Source: a virus (lineage: Duplodnaviria > Caudoviricetes). Taken from it: DNA of 53,566 bases. The translations under genes and the position numbers were made by a program. Below, one piece after another: positions 17,822 through 27,075 of the stretch. The stretch spans positions 1 to 53,566 of IMG/VR virus record IMGVR_UViG_3300025133_000143. One strand, 5' to 3'. The notes below the pieces were generated by a model, which had not been told where the DNA came from, searched no databases, and worked only from the letters and a program-made list of their open reading frames with translations. The stretch's first letter is position 1, and the number at the start of each line of letters is the position of its first letter.

Positions 17822-18692
17822 TTACTCCTATTTCGTTCCATTCGTGGTACGATAAAAATATGGGGTGTGGTCGTTGGACCTGTTTACTTTCGGGGGATCC
17901 TAGATAAGTACAATACTTATCCCATGCGTCTATGTTGTAATACCATGGGAGAGTAACTACTTTCTTATTATCTATTATAACACAATTGAATACTTTGTCA
18001 AGAGAAAAAAACCGTGCTGACCAGCGCTCTTCTTTTGGTAGTTTCTCTCTGGGGAATAAACCGTCCTCTAAAACTTTTGAGTTATACATTCCAGTCCCCT
18101 CCCGAATAACGTGGCGCGCATTGACAAAATCATCTTTGTCAAAGGTGAAGCCCAAGTATTCTCCATCTCGGATAGTCTTCCCCTCGTGTTCTAAAAGAAA
18201 ACCTTGGTCGCTCGAAATAATCTTCCGATGCTCTCGCAAGATGCTCGGGTCGTAAACCCCCCACGGGAAGGCTACATAGTTTCTTTTGGGGATGACCCAC
18301 TTACTTAATTTAGAACTAATCTGAAAAGCAGTCATGGCTCCATGGAGGATGCTCCAAGCGAGACAATCTCGCTTTCCAACGTCCTTTGCTTTGATGGGGA
18401 CGTAATAGATCGGAATAGGCTTCCGAGATTCCGAAGGGAAAACATCCAGTCTTCGCCCGATCCACACGGGGTCTTGGACGTACTCGCCAAGCCTGTGTCT
18501 GATAAGGGGCTTTGTATCATCATTACAGACGATCCAGATCGTTTCGCATCCAGCCCACGCACATTCATATACGGCTCGCTCAATGGCGAGATAGTTGGGG
18601 GCGATGGGCATCATAGCATCGCCCCAGTCAAAGTCAAAGTCTAGGGGCTCTCCCGCTACCGGGACAATACCAGCTAAATGATAACTACTCAT
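17808..18692 (-). CDS. Nucleotidyltransferase (GT-A/NTP_transferase)-like protein, degenerate
   Basis: LAGIVPVAG..MMPI..AIERAVYEC..AGCETIWIV fits the NTP-transferase N-terminus but lacks GxGTR and the conserved Lys. Confidence 0.6.
   Translation of the reverse strand: MSSYHLAGIVPVAGEPLDFDFDWGDAMMPIAPNYLAIERAVYECAWAGCETIWIVCNDDTKPLIRHRLGEYVQDPVWIGRRLDVFPSESRKPIPIYYVPIKAKDVGKRDCLAWSILHGAMTAFQISSKLSKWVIPKRNYVAFPWGVYDPSILREHRKIISSDQGFLLEHEGKTIRDGEYLGFTFDKDDFVNARHVIREGTGMYNSKVLEDGLFPREKLPKEERWSARFFSLDKVFNCVIIDNKKVVTLPWYYNIDAWDKYCTYLGSPESKQVQRPHPIFLSYHEWNEIGVNDNE
17974..18001 (-). promoter_or_regulatory. Intragenic sigma70 promoter TTGACA-N16-TATAAT upstream of dnaE
   Basis: Encoded within FSLDKVFNCVIID codons. 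Confidence 0.65.
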
Positions 18693-19561
18693 AAGCGTCG
18701 TGCCAATCTTGAACTATAACTTTCCAGCTCTTCAGGAAAGTTTTTAATTATTTCTTCGGCAGTGTCGTAACGGAACTCAAATCTTTCATCCGGCTCGTAA
18801 TAGTTTTTAATATCTCTCACTATTTCCCTCTGGGCTGATTCAATCTTGGGGGAGTAATACCGATAGAGCTTCGGGTTATAAGTATCTCGGCCGTTCCGTG
18901 CTCCACGGATCCCGGCGTCCTTCATCAACTGGGTTATTTTAAACCTTGCCATGGTGGAAGAATAGTCGAAATTGTTTAATTGAGCAGCCTCCAAATAAGA
19001 AACGGCCACCAAGTCTTTACGGATCCTCTTTCCTTTGGCGCCATCCAGCCTATCTGAAGGATAGAAGTATACCCGATTAATAAAATGATCATGGGTGTCG
19101 ATGACATCATGGTGATGTTCCATCCCGCTCCGGACATTGAACCAATCAATAACTTTGGCCGGCCGCTCGATGCGGCTTTTTATAAAAGGGAGTCCGCTTA
19201 CTTTTTCATCATCAAATATTATAAGTTTTTCAAACTCAAAGCGCCCCAGGCGAGATACGTGGGTGACCGCTTTTAGTATATTTTTGTTTATGGTGATACT
19301 CGCGGTTTTGTCTGCCATCGGCAATAGGCCTGATAAACCAAGCACCCGAATCAATCTTTCCCAAAGTTCGAGTTTCGAAGAGGTTGTCACTCCCAGAGAA
19401 CGGAAATCATAATCTTCAGCGAAATCGTCAAAGCGGAAAGGAGGGTCAGCGCAGGCAAAGATACAAGGACAATCATTAAGATACGCATAAAGGAGAGCAT
19501 TTAATCCTCCCCCTATGACGATTTGGTCGTACTCGAAGACCTGTTGATGGATTTTTTCCAT
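18689..19561 (-). CDS. FAD/NAD Rossmann-fold protein of unknown function
   Basis: YDQIVIGGGLNALLYA (GxGxxA dinucleotide-binding start). Confidence 0.6.
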   Translation of the reverse strand: MEKIHQQVFEYDQIVIGGGLNALLYAYLNDCPCIFACADPPFRFDDFAEDYDFRSLGVTTSSKLELWERLIRVLGLSGLLPMADKTASITINKNILKAVTHVSRLGRFEFEKLIIFDDEKVSGLPFIKSRIERPAKVIDWFNVRSGMEHHHDVIDTHDHFINRVYFYPSDRLDGAKGKRIRKDLVAVSYLEAAQLNNFDYSSTMARFKITQLMKDAGIRGARNGRDTYNPKLYRYYSPKIESAQREIVRDIKNYYEPDERFEFRYDTAEEIIKNFPEELESYSSRLARRL

Positions 19562-20241
19562 GCTTCAACCGTGATGGGGAAAAGTTCTTCGCAGATTTCC
19601 AATACCGCATTGGCGACTTTCTGCATCTCCCACTGTGCTCCAGCGTGTTTGCGTAATTCGATAAACTTCAAGAGATTATTTAAGTTAGCTGTGCCATAAT
19701 ATTGAGTATACATATTTTGAGGGAGAATTCCTCGGGCTTGTTCTCGACAGACGCCAGCACCTAAAAGATTATTATACAACAAAATAGATTCTTTGTGATG
19801 AGCCTGGACCGCATTGACCAGGTTCATCCGGCAATCAATGGAAGGAATATATTTGTGAGGAATAAAAGTCTCTTCAGTTGAGGCTTGGCGATTAGATTTG
19901 CTTTGCTCTCGGTATTCCGTGGGAGAATAAAATTTAATATCTACGTCTGTATAACGTCGAGAAATTTCATTGTAACTCCAAGTGCGATGACGGTGATGCT
20001 GACTCCTAATAAATAAAGGAACAACAAATCGGAAGGTGACAAGAGAATGCTCAAGTGTTGAAGTGTGTCGGTGTCCAACCAAATAATTGATAAGTCTTTT
20101 ATCCCCGTCATCTACTTCCTCCTTTTGTACGCCAAAAGAGACACGCGCACTATTAACCACAGTGATATCACCGCCCATATGGTCCACATATTCTACCCTC
20201 CCCACATCATCATCGTACAAATAGATGGTTCTATTTTCCAC
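19513..20241 (-). CDS. thyX: Flavin-dependent thymidylate synthase
   Basis: NSARVSF, HTSTLEH, RHRTWSYNEISRRY, HAGAQWE; start likely GTG 20241 with GAGG SD. Confidence 0.95.
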   Translation of the reverse strand: MENRTIYLYDDDVGRVEYVDHMGGDITVVNSARVSFGVQKEEVDDGDKRLINYLVGHRHTSTLEHSLVTFRFVVPLFIRSQHHRHRTWSYNEISRRYTDVDIKFYSPTEYREQSKSNRQASTEETFIPHKYIPSIDCRMNLVNAVQAHHKESILLYNNLLGAGVCREQARGILPQNMYTQYYGTANLNNLLKFIELRKHAGAQWEMQKVANAVLEICEELFPITVEAWKKSINRSSSTTKSS

Positions 20242-20383
20242 GTTTTCCTCTTTTGTTTTTCTTTTCGTTGATGGCACGGAGTTTACGCTTGGAGGGCGAA
20301 TCCAACAGAATTTCATCTCCCCCCACATGCTCCTTAATTAACTCTTTAATGGTTTTAATAAAATTTTCATTCTCTGTATTCAT
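20231..20383 (-). CDS. 50-aa small protein (MNTENENFIKTIKELIKEHVGGDEILLDSPSKRKLRAINEKKNKRGKRGK)
   Basis: Translated by hand; GGAGGAG SD; fills the groES-thyX gap and overlaps the thyX start; below the ORF-track cutoff. Confidence 0.65.
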   Translation of the reverse strand: MNTENENFIKTIKELIKEHVGGDEILLDSPSKRKLRAINEKKNKRGKRGK

Positions 20384-20385
20384 TT

Positions 20386-20664
20386 TCACTCCTCCCTCAC
20401 GATGCCTACAACGTGGTTTTCTAATATTAAGTAGACCTTCCCCTCTCCAAAATCCACCTCTTCGATCATATGCCCTAATACAACAGCCCTATCTCCGACG
20501 GCCAACGGCGGCTTTGTTCCGGCTGCAATGGCCTTAATAGTCACCATCTCATGGGTGGGTCCACTCGGTTTAAATCCTTCGGGCACCTGGATTAAACTCT
20601 CGACTTCCAAGGTTTTTTCAGCTTTTTGAATTAGTAGATAACGATTACATGGTTGAAATTTCAT
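20386..20664 (-). CDS. groES: Co-chaperonin GroES-like
   Basis: MKFQPCNRYLLI...IAAG...VGDR...YLILENHVVGIV. Confidence 0.8.
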   Translation of the reverse strand: MKFQPCNRYLLIQKAEKTLEVESLIQVPEGFKPSGPTHEMVTIKAIAAGTKPPLAVGDRAVVLGHMIEEVDFGEGKVYLILENHVVGIVREE

Positions 20665-20675
20665 CTCTCTTACTC

Positions 20676-22916
20676 CTATTTATTCTCTTGAGAAGCCGCA
20701 TACAGCAACTCCACATACTCAGTTGGTAATTCACACGCCCCTCCTGCACAAGCAGAGTCTTGAGTAAATTCTATATTATCATCTTCTTCGACCATTGCGG
20801 TCCAGTCTATATCTCGATATTCCTTGGACAACTTTTCCCACAATTTTAAATTATAAATATCTTTTAAACAATAAGTCATCTTCCTCACATCTCCCTCAAA
20901 ATGACTTTCAGCAAATTTAATTGCTGCGTTCGCCCACGATCGTTTAAGCAAATTAACTTCCAATAAACATTCGCCGGTTCCCAAGACTGCATCGGACGCA
21001 GACCAAAGGTCTCCCTCGAAAGCAATTAAGGCGGCTTCGATGATGCCGCTCGCAAAAAAAGATCCCGGTCCATATTCTCTCAAGATATCATTTGGATAAG
21101 GCACCGCACAGAAGGGAGCTTGTACATAATCCTTATCTCCAGAATAGGGCAACAAACTTACACCAGCAAAATCCTTACGATTCTTATAAATGAAATCAGC
21201 CACTTCGTCCCATTCGTGCTCTTTGACATGGATAGTATTCGAAACATTGTGTCGCATTCCACTCCGGGCGCAGAGATTAACATTAGTCCCATAGCGAACC
21301 CAATTCTGCTGTGTTGACTTAACACTTTCTAGTAATTTTAAGGCATCAATTTGATTTTTAGTTTTAGCTCCCACGGGAACTTCACATAAAAAAGTAATAA
21401 CTTCAGTAACACCGTTGGGATCCCATGCGCTTCCTTCCACTGCACGTCGATTAATTTTCTTAAAATGCTGAACAGGATTTTCTTGTTTGTTGGCCTGAAC
21501 TCTACGAAAATATCGTTTAGCGTGATGAGGGTGAATGCCACTAGCTGTTCCCAGAATGCAAGATGTGGACCCCGCAGGTTTCACACAGGTGGTGCGTGCG
21601 GCCTGATTAATCCCAATGATGTCCGCGATGCGCTTATTCATTTCTTTAACAATTTTGGCACCATTGCGTTGAATAGCTGGATCGAATAGAATATCTGGGC
21701 TGTCCATCATGCCAGTGATAGAGACTCCCAATAGAGCTTCCCGGCTGGTAATGTTTTCGGTTACGGACCCCACATATGGAAAGCTAGTGTAAGCCGCCTG
21801 AAGGGATCCAATAATAGCCCCTACTCGGCAAGCTCTATAAAAATTTTCTTCTGTGTCAGCTTTTTTCCCATTGATCTCGGTCAAATTGCAAAACTGCCAC
21901 CCAGGGTTTCCATGCTTATCAACCGGATAAAGACTAATTTCAGCGCATGGATTAAAACCGCATTCGGCATCTTCAGCCCAGATGAACCCGGGCTCTCCGA
22001 ATTCTCTAACCCATTCCATTAATTGATTAAAATCCTGCTTAGATGTTTCGTCGCGGACGAGCAACGCACTATTGTTAGAGCGCCCCCGTTGGGGATTTTC
22101 TAATTGCCAGCGGCCTGTTTTGGCTGTAGCCATTTCTTGATCATCGGGGGAGAACAGAGCTATAGTAGCCGAGCGCCGTACCCCTCCCGAAATAACTGCA
22201 TCAGCCGCGTGCATGATTGTATCATACACTTGAATTGGCCGGAGGTTCGCTTGTGCTGTCCCCGCCAGTGCGTCATCAAAAATTCGACGAATTAGTTCCA
22301 ATGATCGCCGCAGACCATCTGGCCCCGGTGCCTTTGACCCCGAGCTAAGGGGGGAACCAGCGGGACGAATTAGGGAATAATCAAAATTAACTCGGTGACC
22401 CCTGTATTTGGGTGAGCCGGGAGCATCCTGAGAGCGCGCAAAATAACTTTTTACCAAAACACCTATAGCATCGGCCCACCCTTCAATTGTGTCCGGTACG
22501 ACAAAAGTTTTCTCACCTCTGTGGGGCTGCCGAATGGGTGGAAGCTGCTCAACGTGGTGTCGTTGAACACTGAACCCTACTCCACAGCCACACAACAAAA
22601 GATACATTAGTTCTTGGAAAGCACGAGGGCGGTTGATGTGCCCAAAAGCACAATTATAGAGTCGTGCGTTATGTTGAAAGATGGGGTCGCCGCCGAATTG
22701 GAGGACGCGTTGGGAGCCTAGAACCTCTTTACGTCTTACAGCAATTTCCGCCTCGTCAATATATTTGTGTACTTCTGGAATATCTTTAAATTTTTCTCTA
22801 TGCATGTCGAAAACACGTTTTACTTGTTCGGCCCATGTTTCTCTGCGCCTCTCTTCGGGCAAATATTTAGCATATTTAGCGATTCTCGTATATTCCTGTA
22901 AAGTACTAATTGACAT
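20676..22916 (-). CDS. nrdJ: Class II (B12-dependent) ribonucleotide reductase, monomeric type
   Basis: LYNCAF, GGVRRSA, FNPCAEI, FCNLTE, TTCVKPAG, C-terminal ACAGGAC; no beta-subunit gene nearby. Confidence 0.9.
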   Translation of the reverse strand: MSISTLQEYTRIAKYAKYLPEERRRETWAEQVKRVFDMHREKFKDIPEVHKYIDEAEIAVRRKEVLGSQRVLQFGGDPIFQHNARLYNCAFGHINRPRAFQELMYLLLCGCGVGFSVQRHHVEQLPPIRQPHRGEKTFVVPDTIEGWADAIGVLVKSYFARSQDAPGSPKYRGHRVNFDYSLIRPAGSPLSSGSKAPGPDGLRRSLELIRRIFDDALAGTAQANLRPIQVYDTIMHAADAVISGGVRRSATIALFSPDDQEMATAKTGRWQLENPQRGRSNNSALLVRDETSKQDFNQLMEWVREFGEPGFIWAEDAECGFNPCAEISLYPVDKHGNPGWQFCNLTEINGKKADTEENFYRACRVGAIIGSLQAAYTSFPYVGSVTENITSREALLGVSITGMMDSPDILFDPAIQRNGAKIVKEMNKRIADIIGINQAARTTCVKPAGSTSCILGTASGIHPHHAKRYFRRVQANKQENPVQHFKKINRRAVEGSAWDPNGVTEVITFLCEVPVGAKTKNQIDALKLLESVKSTQQNWVRYGTNVNLCARSGMRHNVSNTIHVKEHEWDEVADFIYKNRKDFAGVSLLPYSGDKDYVQAPFCAVPYPNDILREYGPGSFFASGIIEAALIAFEGDLWSASDAVLGTGECLLEVNLLKRSWANAAIKFAESHFEGDVRKMTYCLKDIYNLKLWEKLSKEYRDIDWTAMVEEDDNIEFTQDSACAGGACELPTEYVELLYAASQENK

Positions 22917-22917
22917 T

Positions 22918-24285
22918 TTATTTCTTTCCTCTTTTCTTCTTAAATTTGGCGTATTTTTCTTTTAATTTAACTTCTTGCCTCTTTTTGGCGCTCTCTTTAA
23001 CTTCCCCAATTGTTTCCCCGGTTGAGGGTAATACTTTAATTTTAACATTTCTGGTGTCCATAATAATAGGGAATATAATACCGTCGGGACCATTCCTGTT
23101 CTTTGCAACAAAAATACGTCCGGTATTTGTTAACTTATCCTCCACGGTTCTGGAAATGGTGAAAATAAAATCTGATACAAAACACTTATTAAAGGCCTCC
23201 GAAATTGATTCCATTGTAATGACTTCAGCATTTAATCCAGAACGATTAGTTTGAGATGCTGTCCAAACACAGCATTGTTGTGTTTGAGCCAAAGCGCGTA
23301 GCTGTTCATAAATAGTCTCTAACTCATGCCTTTTCTCTCTTAATACAGAATCGGGACGTAATAAATCTCCATAATCTACAATGATCATATCGGGCTTTAA
23401 CTGCCGATTTGCTAATTTTTCTACATGATTTTTAATAGTCTGAACTGTCGCCGATTTGGTGGGATATTCCTTCACAATGAGAGTCCCATCTAACGATTCG
23501 ACCTTTTCATATATTTCTTCCTTAAAAGAACTTAAATCATTGAGAGGGATACCGGTGATACAACTATCAAAACGTGAGCCAACGACAGTGTCTGCCAATT
23601 CTAATGTATAATATACTACCGTCTTTCCGGCTAACAGGGCTTCGGTACCCAGATGAACGAGTGCCATACTTTTACCGGCGCCGGTTGGGGCAATCACCAC
23701 CCCCAACTCTCCTTTCCCGAGACCTTGGGCAGAAATTTCATCAACATAATCCCACCCGGTAGAAACGGGGTCTCGTACTTTGAGAATGAAACGTTGCTCA
23801 AAATCTTTTAAATAGTCGTGGCCATAGTCGGAATCTGCACCAAGTTTTAATGCCTCGTTGATGACTCCGGCGATCTCATCAAAAGATGAATCCTGAAGGA
23901 GTTTTACCGATTTAAGCATGGCTTCTTTTAGCTTTTGTTTTCTACAAAAATCTAGAGTAGTGGTGGTGATGTACTCTTTATTTTCTATGTCGACTCTATG
24001 AATTCTCGCAAAAAAGTCTCTTATTTGTTTTTGAATTGCCTCACTATGTGAGTCCAGTTCTGTTCGAAGAATAGACTTCATTATCTGCTCAGAGGGATGA
24101 ACTGAAAATTTCTTTCTGTATTCGAGAATCAGTTCTACGAAAACCTGCAGATAGCGCAGTTCTAAAAAATTAATATTCAGAACCTCAGAGATTTGATCGG
24201 CGAAGGGTCGATCTAATAAAATTAGATGGCAGAGGTTTTCTTGAAAATCTTTTCCATACCGACTAAAGTTTTCTTTTTGGGCCAT
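22918..24285 (-). CDS. Replicative helicase (DnaB/T4 gp41-like)
   Basis: APTGAGKS Walker A, TLEL, IIVDYGDLL, TASQTNR, KNRNG. Confidence 0.93.
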   Translation of the reverse strand: MAQKENFSRYGKDFQENLCHLILLDRPFADQISEVLNINFLELRYLQVFVELILEYRKKFSVHPSEQIMKSILRTELDSHSEAIQKQIRDFFARIHRVDIENKEYITTTTLDFCRKQKLKEAMLKSVKLLQDSSFDEIAGVINEALKLGADSDYGHDYLKDFEQRFILKVRDPVSTGWDYVDEISAQGLGKGELGVVIAPTGAGKSMALVHLGTEALLAGKTVVYYTLELADTVVGSRFDSCITGIPLNDLSSFKEEIYEKVESLDGTLIVKEYPTKSATVQTIKNHVEKLANRQLKPDMIIVDYGDLLRPDSVLREKRHELETIYEQLRALAQTQQCCVWTASQTNRSGLNAEVITMESISEAFNKCFVSDFIFTISRTVEDKLTNTGRIFVAKNRNGPDGIIFPIIMDTRNVKIKVLPSTGETIGEVKESAKKRQEVKLKEKYAKFKKKRGKK

Positions 24286-24303
24286 GCGGCCTCCCGTAGT
24301 ATC

Positions 24304-24332
24304 AATATAACACCATTGATACGGAGCGTCAA
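24304..24332 (-). promoter_or_regulatory. sigma70-type promoter TTGACG-N17-TATATT
   Basis: Upstream of the helicase; extended TG; GGAGG SD follows. Confidence 0.8.
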
Positions 24333-25285
24333 GCTGAAATTATGATTCTTTTGAATGTTGTGAATAAATCTGAAGTGTTCCAGTCTCCGAAGCCATCCTC
24401 TATCATTCTCTTAATGGCTTCCATTTTATTAAACTGTGGTTTAAAGTTTTTAATTGTTTCATTAATATAAGTCTTCCCCACGATCGAAATAGAGGGGGAG
24501 TATAATTGCATAATCTTATAATTATCTCGAATCACTTCTTGACATTCGACGATATTGTCAAATACTTTAAGGCCGCTGGCATCTCTCTCGCAACTTTCTA
24601 TTAATTGCGGGATCGTCACATCCTCTCCCTCTTTAAAGAAAGGAAATCGCTTGGAGATCGTCTTTAAGCCAACTCCAGGAACTCCGTCTAGATTATCCGA
24701 CTTGTCTCCCACCACCGCTCTGGCCATGGCAAAATTAGTAGGATGGATCCCGAATTCGTCGATGATGGTATTCTTATTGAGGAACTTCTTCTGGATAGGT
24801 CGATAAAGAATAGTTTCTTCATCGCAAAGCTGAAAGAAATCCTTGTCGCTGGAGATGATTAGTTTTTGCCAGCCCCTGTAATGCGCGGCTTGCGAGACAT
24901 GAGCGATGATATCGTCAGCCTCCACCCCATCTATCATTAATTGTATAATTGGCATCTCATTTAAAAGCTCCATCAGGCGCATCTGTTGCCATACTTTATT
25001 AGCTAGTTCTTCATCGGGAGTTAAATTTCTAACATTGCGGTTCAAGCGGATAGGTTTGCGCCCCGCCTTATAATTTTTATTTGTTATTTTTCTTCGCTGA
25101 GAACCTCCTGCTCCATCCCAAGCAATAATAATTGCGTCGGGCTTCATCTCTCGACACAGCTTCTGTAAGATTTTGACGAAACCTTTGTAGCCACCAATGG
25201 GATTCCCCGTTGGAGACAAACTTGGGTCTACAATATAAGCACGAAAATACGCATTAAGCGCATCTATAATCATTAAGCGTTTCAT
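24329..25285 (-). CDS. Stand-alone 5'-3' exonuclease/flap endonuclease (Pol I N-terminal / T4 RNase H-like)
   Basis: IID..N, AWD, YKAGR, EADD, SSDKDF, GDKSDN, GVGLKT. Confidence 0.93.
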   Translation of the reverse strand: MKRLMIIDALNAYFRAYIVDPSLSPTGNPIGGYKGFVKILQKLCREMKPDAIIIAWDGAGGSQRRKITNKNYKAGRKPIRLNRNVRNLTPDEELANKVWQQMRLMELLNEMPIIQLMIDGVEADDIIAHVSQAAHYRGWQKLIISSDKDFFQLCDEETILYRPIQKKFLNKNTIIDEFGIHPTNFAMARAVVGDKSDNLDGVPGVGLKTISKRFPFFKEGEDVTIPQLIESCERDASGLKVFDNIVECQEVIRDNYKIMQLYSPSISIVGKTYINETIKNFKPQFNKMEAIKRMIEDGFGDWNTSDLFTTFKRIIISA

Positions 25286-25324
25286 TTTAACTCCATAAGA
25301 TAGGAAAGCCCTTTCTACATTACT

Positions 25325-25353
25325 AATATAACATAAAAGGGCCGGTTTTGCAA
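25325..25353 (-). promoter_or_regulatory. sigma70-type promoter TTGCAA-N17-TATATT
   Basis: Intergenic, upstream of the exonuclease; extended TG. Confidence 0.75.
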
Positions 25354-25385
25354 TCTAAAAGATGTAAATTTAGTGTGCGGGGGTT

Positions 25386-26495
25386 CTACTCTTCATTATC
25401 ATAAAAATCTTCCGCTTTGCCTTCGCGCTTGTCAAACTTCATAATAACTTCTTCGTCCATAATCTGGAAAATTCTTTGGCGGAATTTTTCTTCCTGCATC
25501 TTTTCTAACCACTTAGATGCCTGAAATTTTTCGGTCGACGCGTCTTCAAAATTCAGTGTATACCAGGCACCCGCTTGTTCGATATTTTTAGAACCTTTGA
25601 CGGCATCAAACAAAGATTCGTCATCCTGGATAGCCACTTCGTCACTACCCCATAAAATTCTAAAATTACATCTGCGCCCCGCTGTTCCAAACCGTGATTT
25701 TTCTAACTTAACTTTAACTTCGGATCCAATCCGAAATCCATTATCGTCCAACACGAAACTAGCCTTGGCTTTCCGGCCAGTCAACCAGATACGCAAAGAA
25801 TAAGTATAATTCATAGCCTTTCCTCCGGGGGTTACATACGGAGTTGTCATAGCCTCGGCTGCAAATCTAGTAATGTTAGTTTTAAGTTGGTTTAAAACCA
25901 AGAAGGTACACTTATGTTGAGCAATAGATAAAGTTAATTTTGCCATCCCCTTGGCTAAAATCCTAGCCTTGACGGCCATTGAGGATTGAGGATTAAAATC
26001 TCCCTCAACATCGGAAATAGCCGGAGTCTGAGCTAAAGAATCCCAGATAAAAAGGATCTGACTTGGGACGCTGGCCAATAATGTTTCGATTGTTTCAAGA
26101 ACAAATTCGACCGAAGTGGGTTGAATGTAGAGAATTTTATCTACATCGCACCCAGCGCGCTCAAGGAACGCAGGATCCAAGGCCGATTCCGAATCAAAAT
26201 ATACTACATCGATGCCCATCTTTTGGGCGTTGGCGGCAATTTGTGCCGCCATATATGACTTCCCAGTCGATTCCAGGCCGGCGATTTCAGTTACTTTACC
26301 AACTGGGATGCCAGCAAGCTGACCTCGGCAGATAATAGAGTCCAACCATCGTGAGCCAGTGGGGATCCATTGGCGCACTTCGGTCGGGTTTTCCTCTTGC
26401 AAGTTGTGAGCCACTGTCATGCCGGCTTTTTTATTAACCAGCTTGCGCATGTCATCGATAGACAATTGACCAGTCTTTTGTTTTTTACGCATCAT
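25386..26495 (-). CDS. recA: RecA/UvsX recombinase
   Basis: IPTGS..LD, GLESTGKS, DSESALD, WDSLA, LNQL, TPGGKA. Confidence 0.95.
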   Translation of the reverse strand: MMRKKQKTGQLSIDDMRKLVNKKAGMTVAHNLQEENPTEVRQWIPTGSRWLDSIICRGQLAGIPVGKVTEIAGLESTGKSYMAAQIAANAQKMGIDVVYFDSESALDPAFLERAGCDVDKILYIQPTSVEFVLETIETLLASVPSQILFIWDSLAQTPAISDVEGDFNPQSSMAVKARILAKGMAKLTLSIAQHKCTFLVLNQLKTNITRFAAEAMTTPYVTPGGKAMNYTYSLRIWLTGRKAKASFVLDDNGFRIGSEVKVKLEKSRFGTAGRRCNFRILWGSDEVAIQDDESLFDAVKGSKNIEQAGAWYTLNFEDASTEKFQASKWLEKMQEEKFRQRIFQIMDEEVIMKFDKREGKAEDFYDNEE

Positions 26496-26530
26496 AGCCC
26501 CTAAGCAATCCCGCAGCTACAAAAATTAAA

Positions 26531-27004
26531 TTAAGAATTTTCATTTGTAGCTGTATTATCGTCCTCGGTATCCTTCTCAATTTCCACCAATTCAATATCG
26601 AATTGTAAATCTTGGCCCGCTAGAGGATGATTTAAGTCTACTGTAACGCTGTTTTCATTCAGTTGAGTAATTCGACCCATAAGAGATCGGCCTTCAGGTG
26701 TAGCCAAGGGAACTGGCAGACCTTCAGCTAAAGTAATGTGGTCTGGGAAAGCACTCCTGTCAATTTCGGTATGAGCTTCTGCCACAACATCACCATATGC
26801 TTCATCTTTCGTCAAGGTGACGCTTTTCTTTTCTCCGACTGACATGCCTACTACGGCGTCGTCAAATCCTCGAATCATTTGGCCTGCGCCAACTTGAAAT
26901 CCGATTGGCTCGCCACGTCCATACGAGTTATCGAATTCGGTTCCATCAGTTAGACTACCGCGATAATGAACCTTTACCTGCGTGCCTTTTTGTGCTTTTA
27001 ACAT
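26531..27004 (-). CDS. FKBP-type peptidyl-prolyl isomerase with insert-in-flap domain (SlyD/FkpB-like)
   Basis: VKVHYRG, FDNS, GQMIRGFD, EAYG, VDLNHPLAG; start likely ATG 27004. Confidence 0.9.
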   Translation of the reverse strand: MLKAQKGTQVKVHYRGSLTDGTEFDNSYGRGEPIGFQVGAGQMIRGFDDAVVGMSVGEKKSVTLTKDEAYGDVVAEAHTEIDRSAFPDHITLAEGLPVPLATPEGRSLMGRITQLNENSVTVDLNHPLAGQDLQFDIELVEIEKDTEDDNTATNENS

Positions 27005-27028
27005 ATTGATTGTTTTCCTTTGTCTTGT

Positions 27029-27060
27029 TAAAAAAGTGAGGCATCTGTAACCCATGCCTC
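27029..27060 (-). terminator. Intrinsic terminator after ssb
   Basis: GAGGCAT-N9-ATGCCTC then a U-tract on the minus strand. Confidence 0.7.
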
Positions 27061-27075
27061 CCTGCGGATTAAAAA

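Noticed and set aside
18121-18142. Inverted repeat TTGACAAA-N6-TTTGTCAA
   Set aside because: Inside a CDS with no -10 at proper spacing on either strand; probably chance
1456-22940. NLS-like basic C-terminal tails (GRRKRGRK, KRGKRGK, KKKRGKK)
   Set aside because: Largely explained by overlap with the purine-rich SD and start of the next gene
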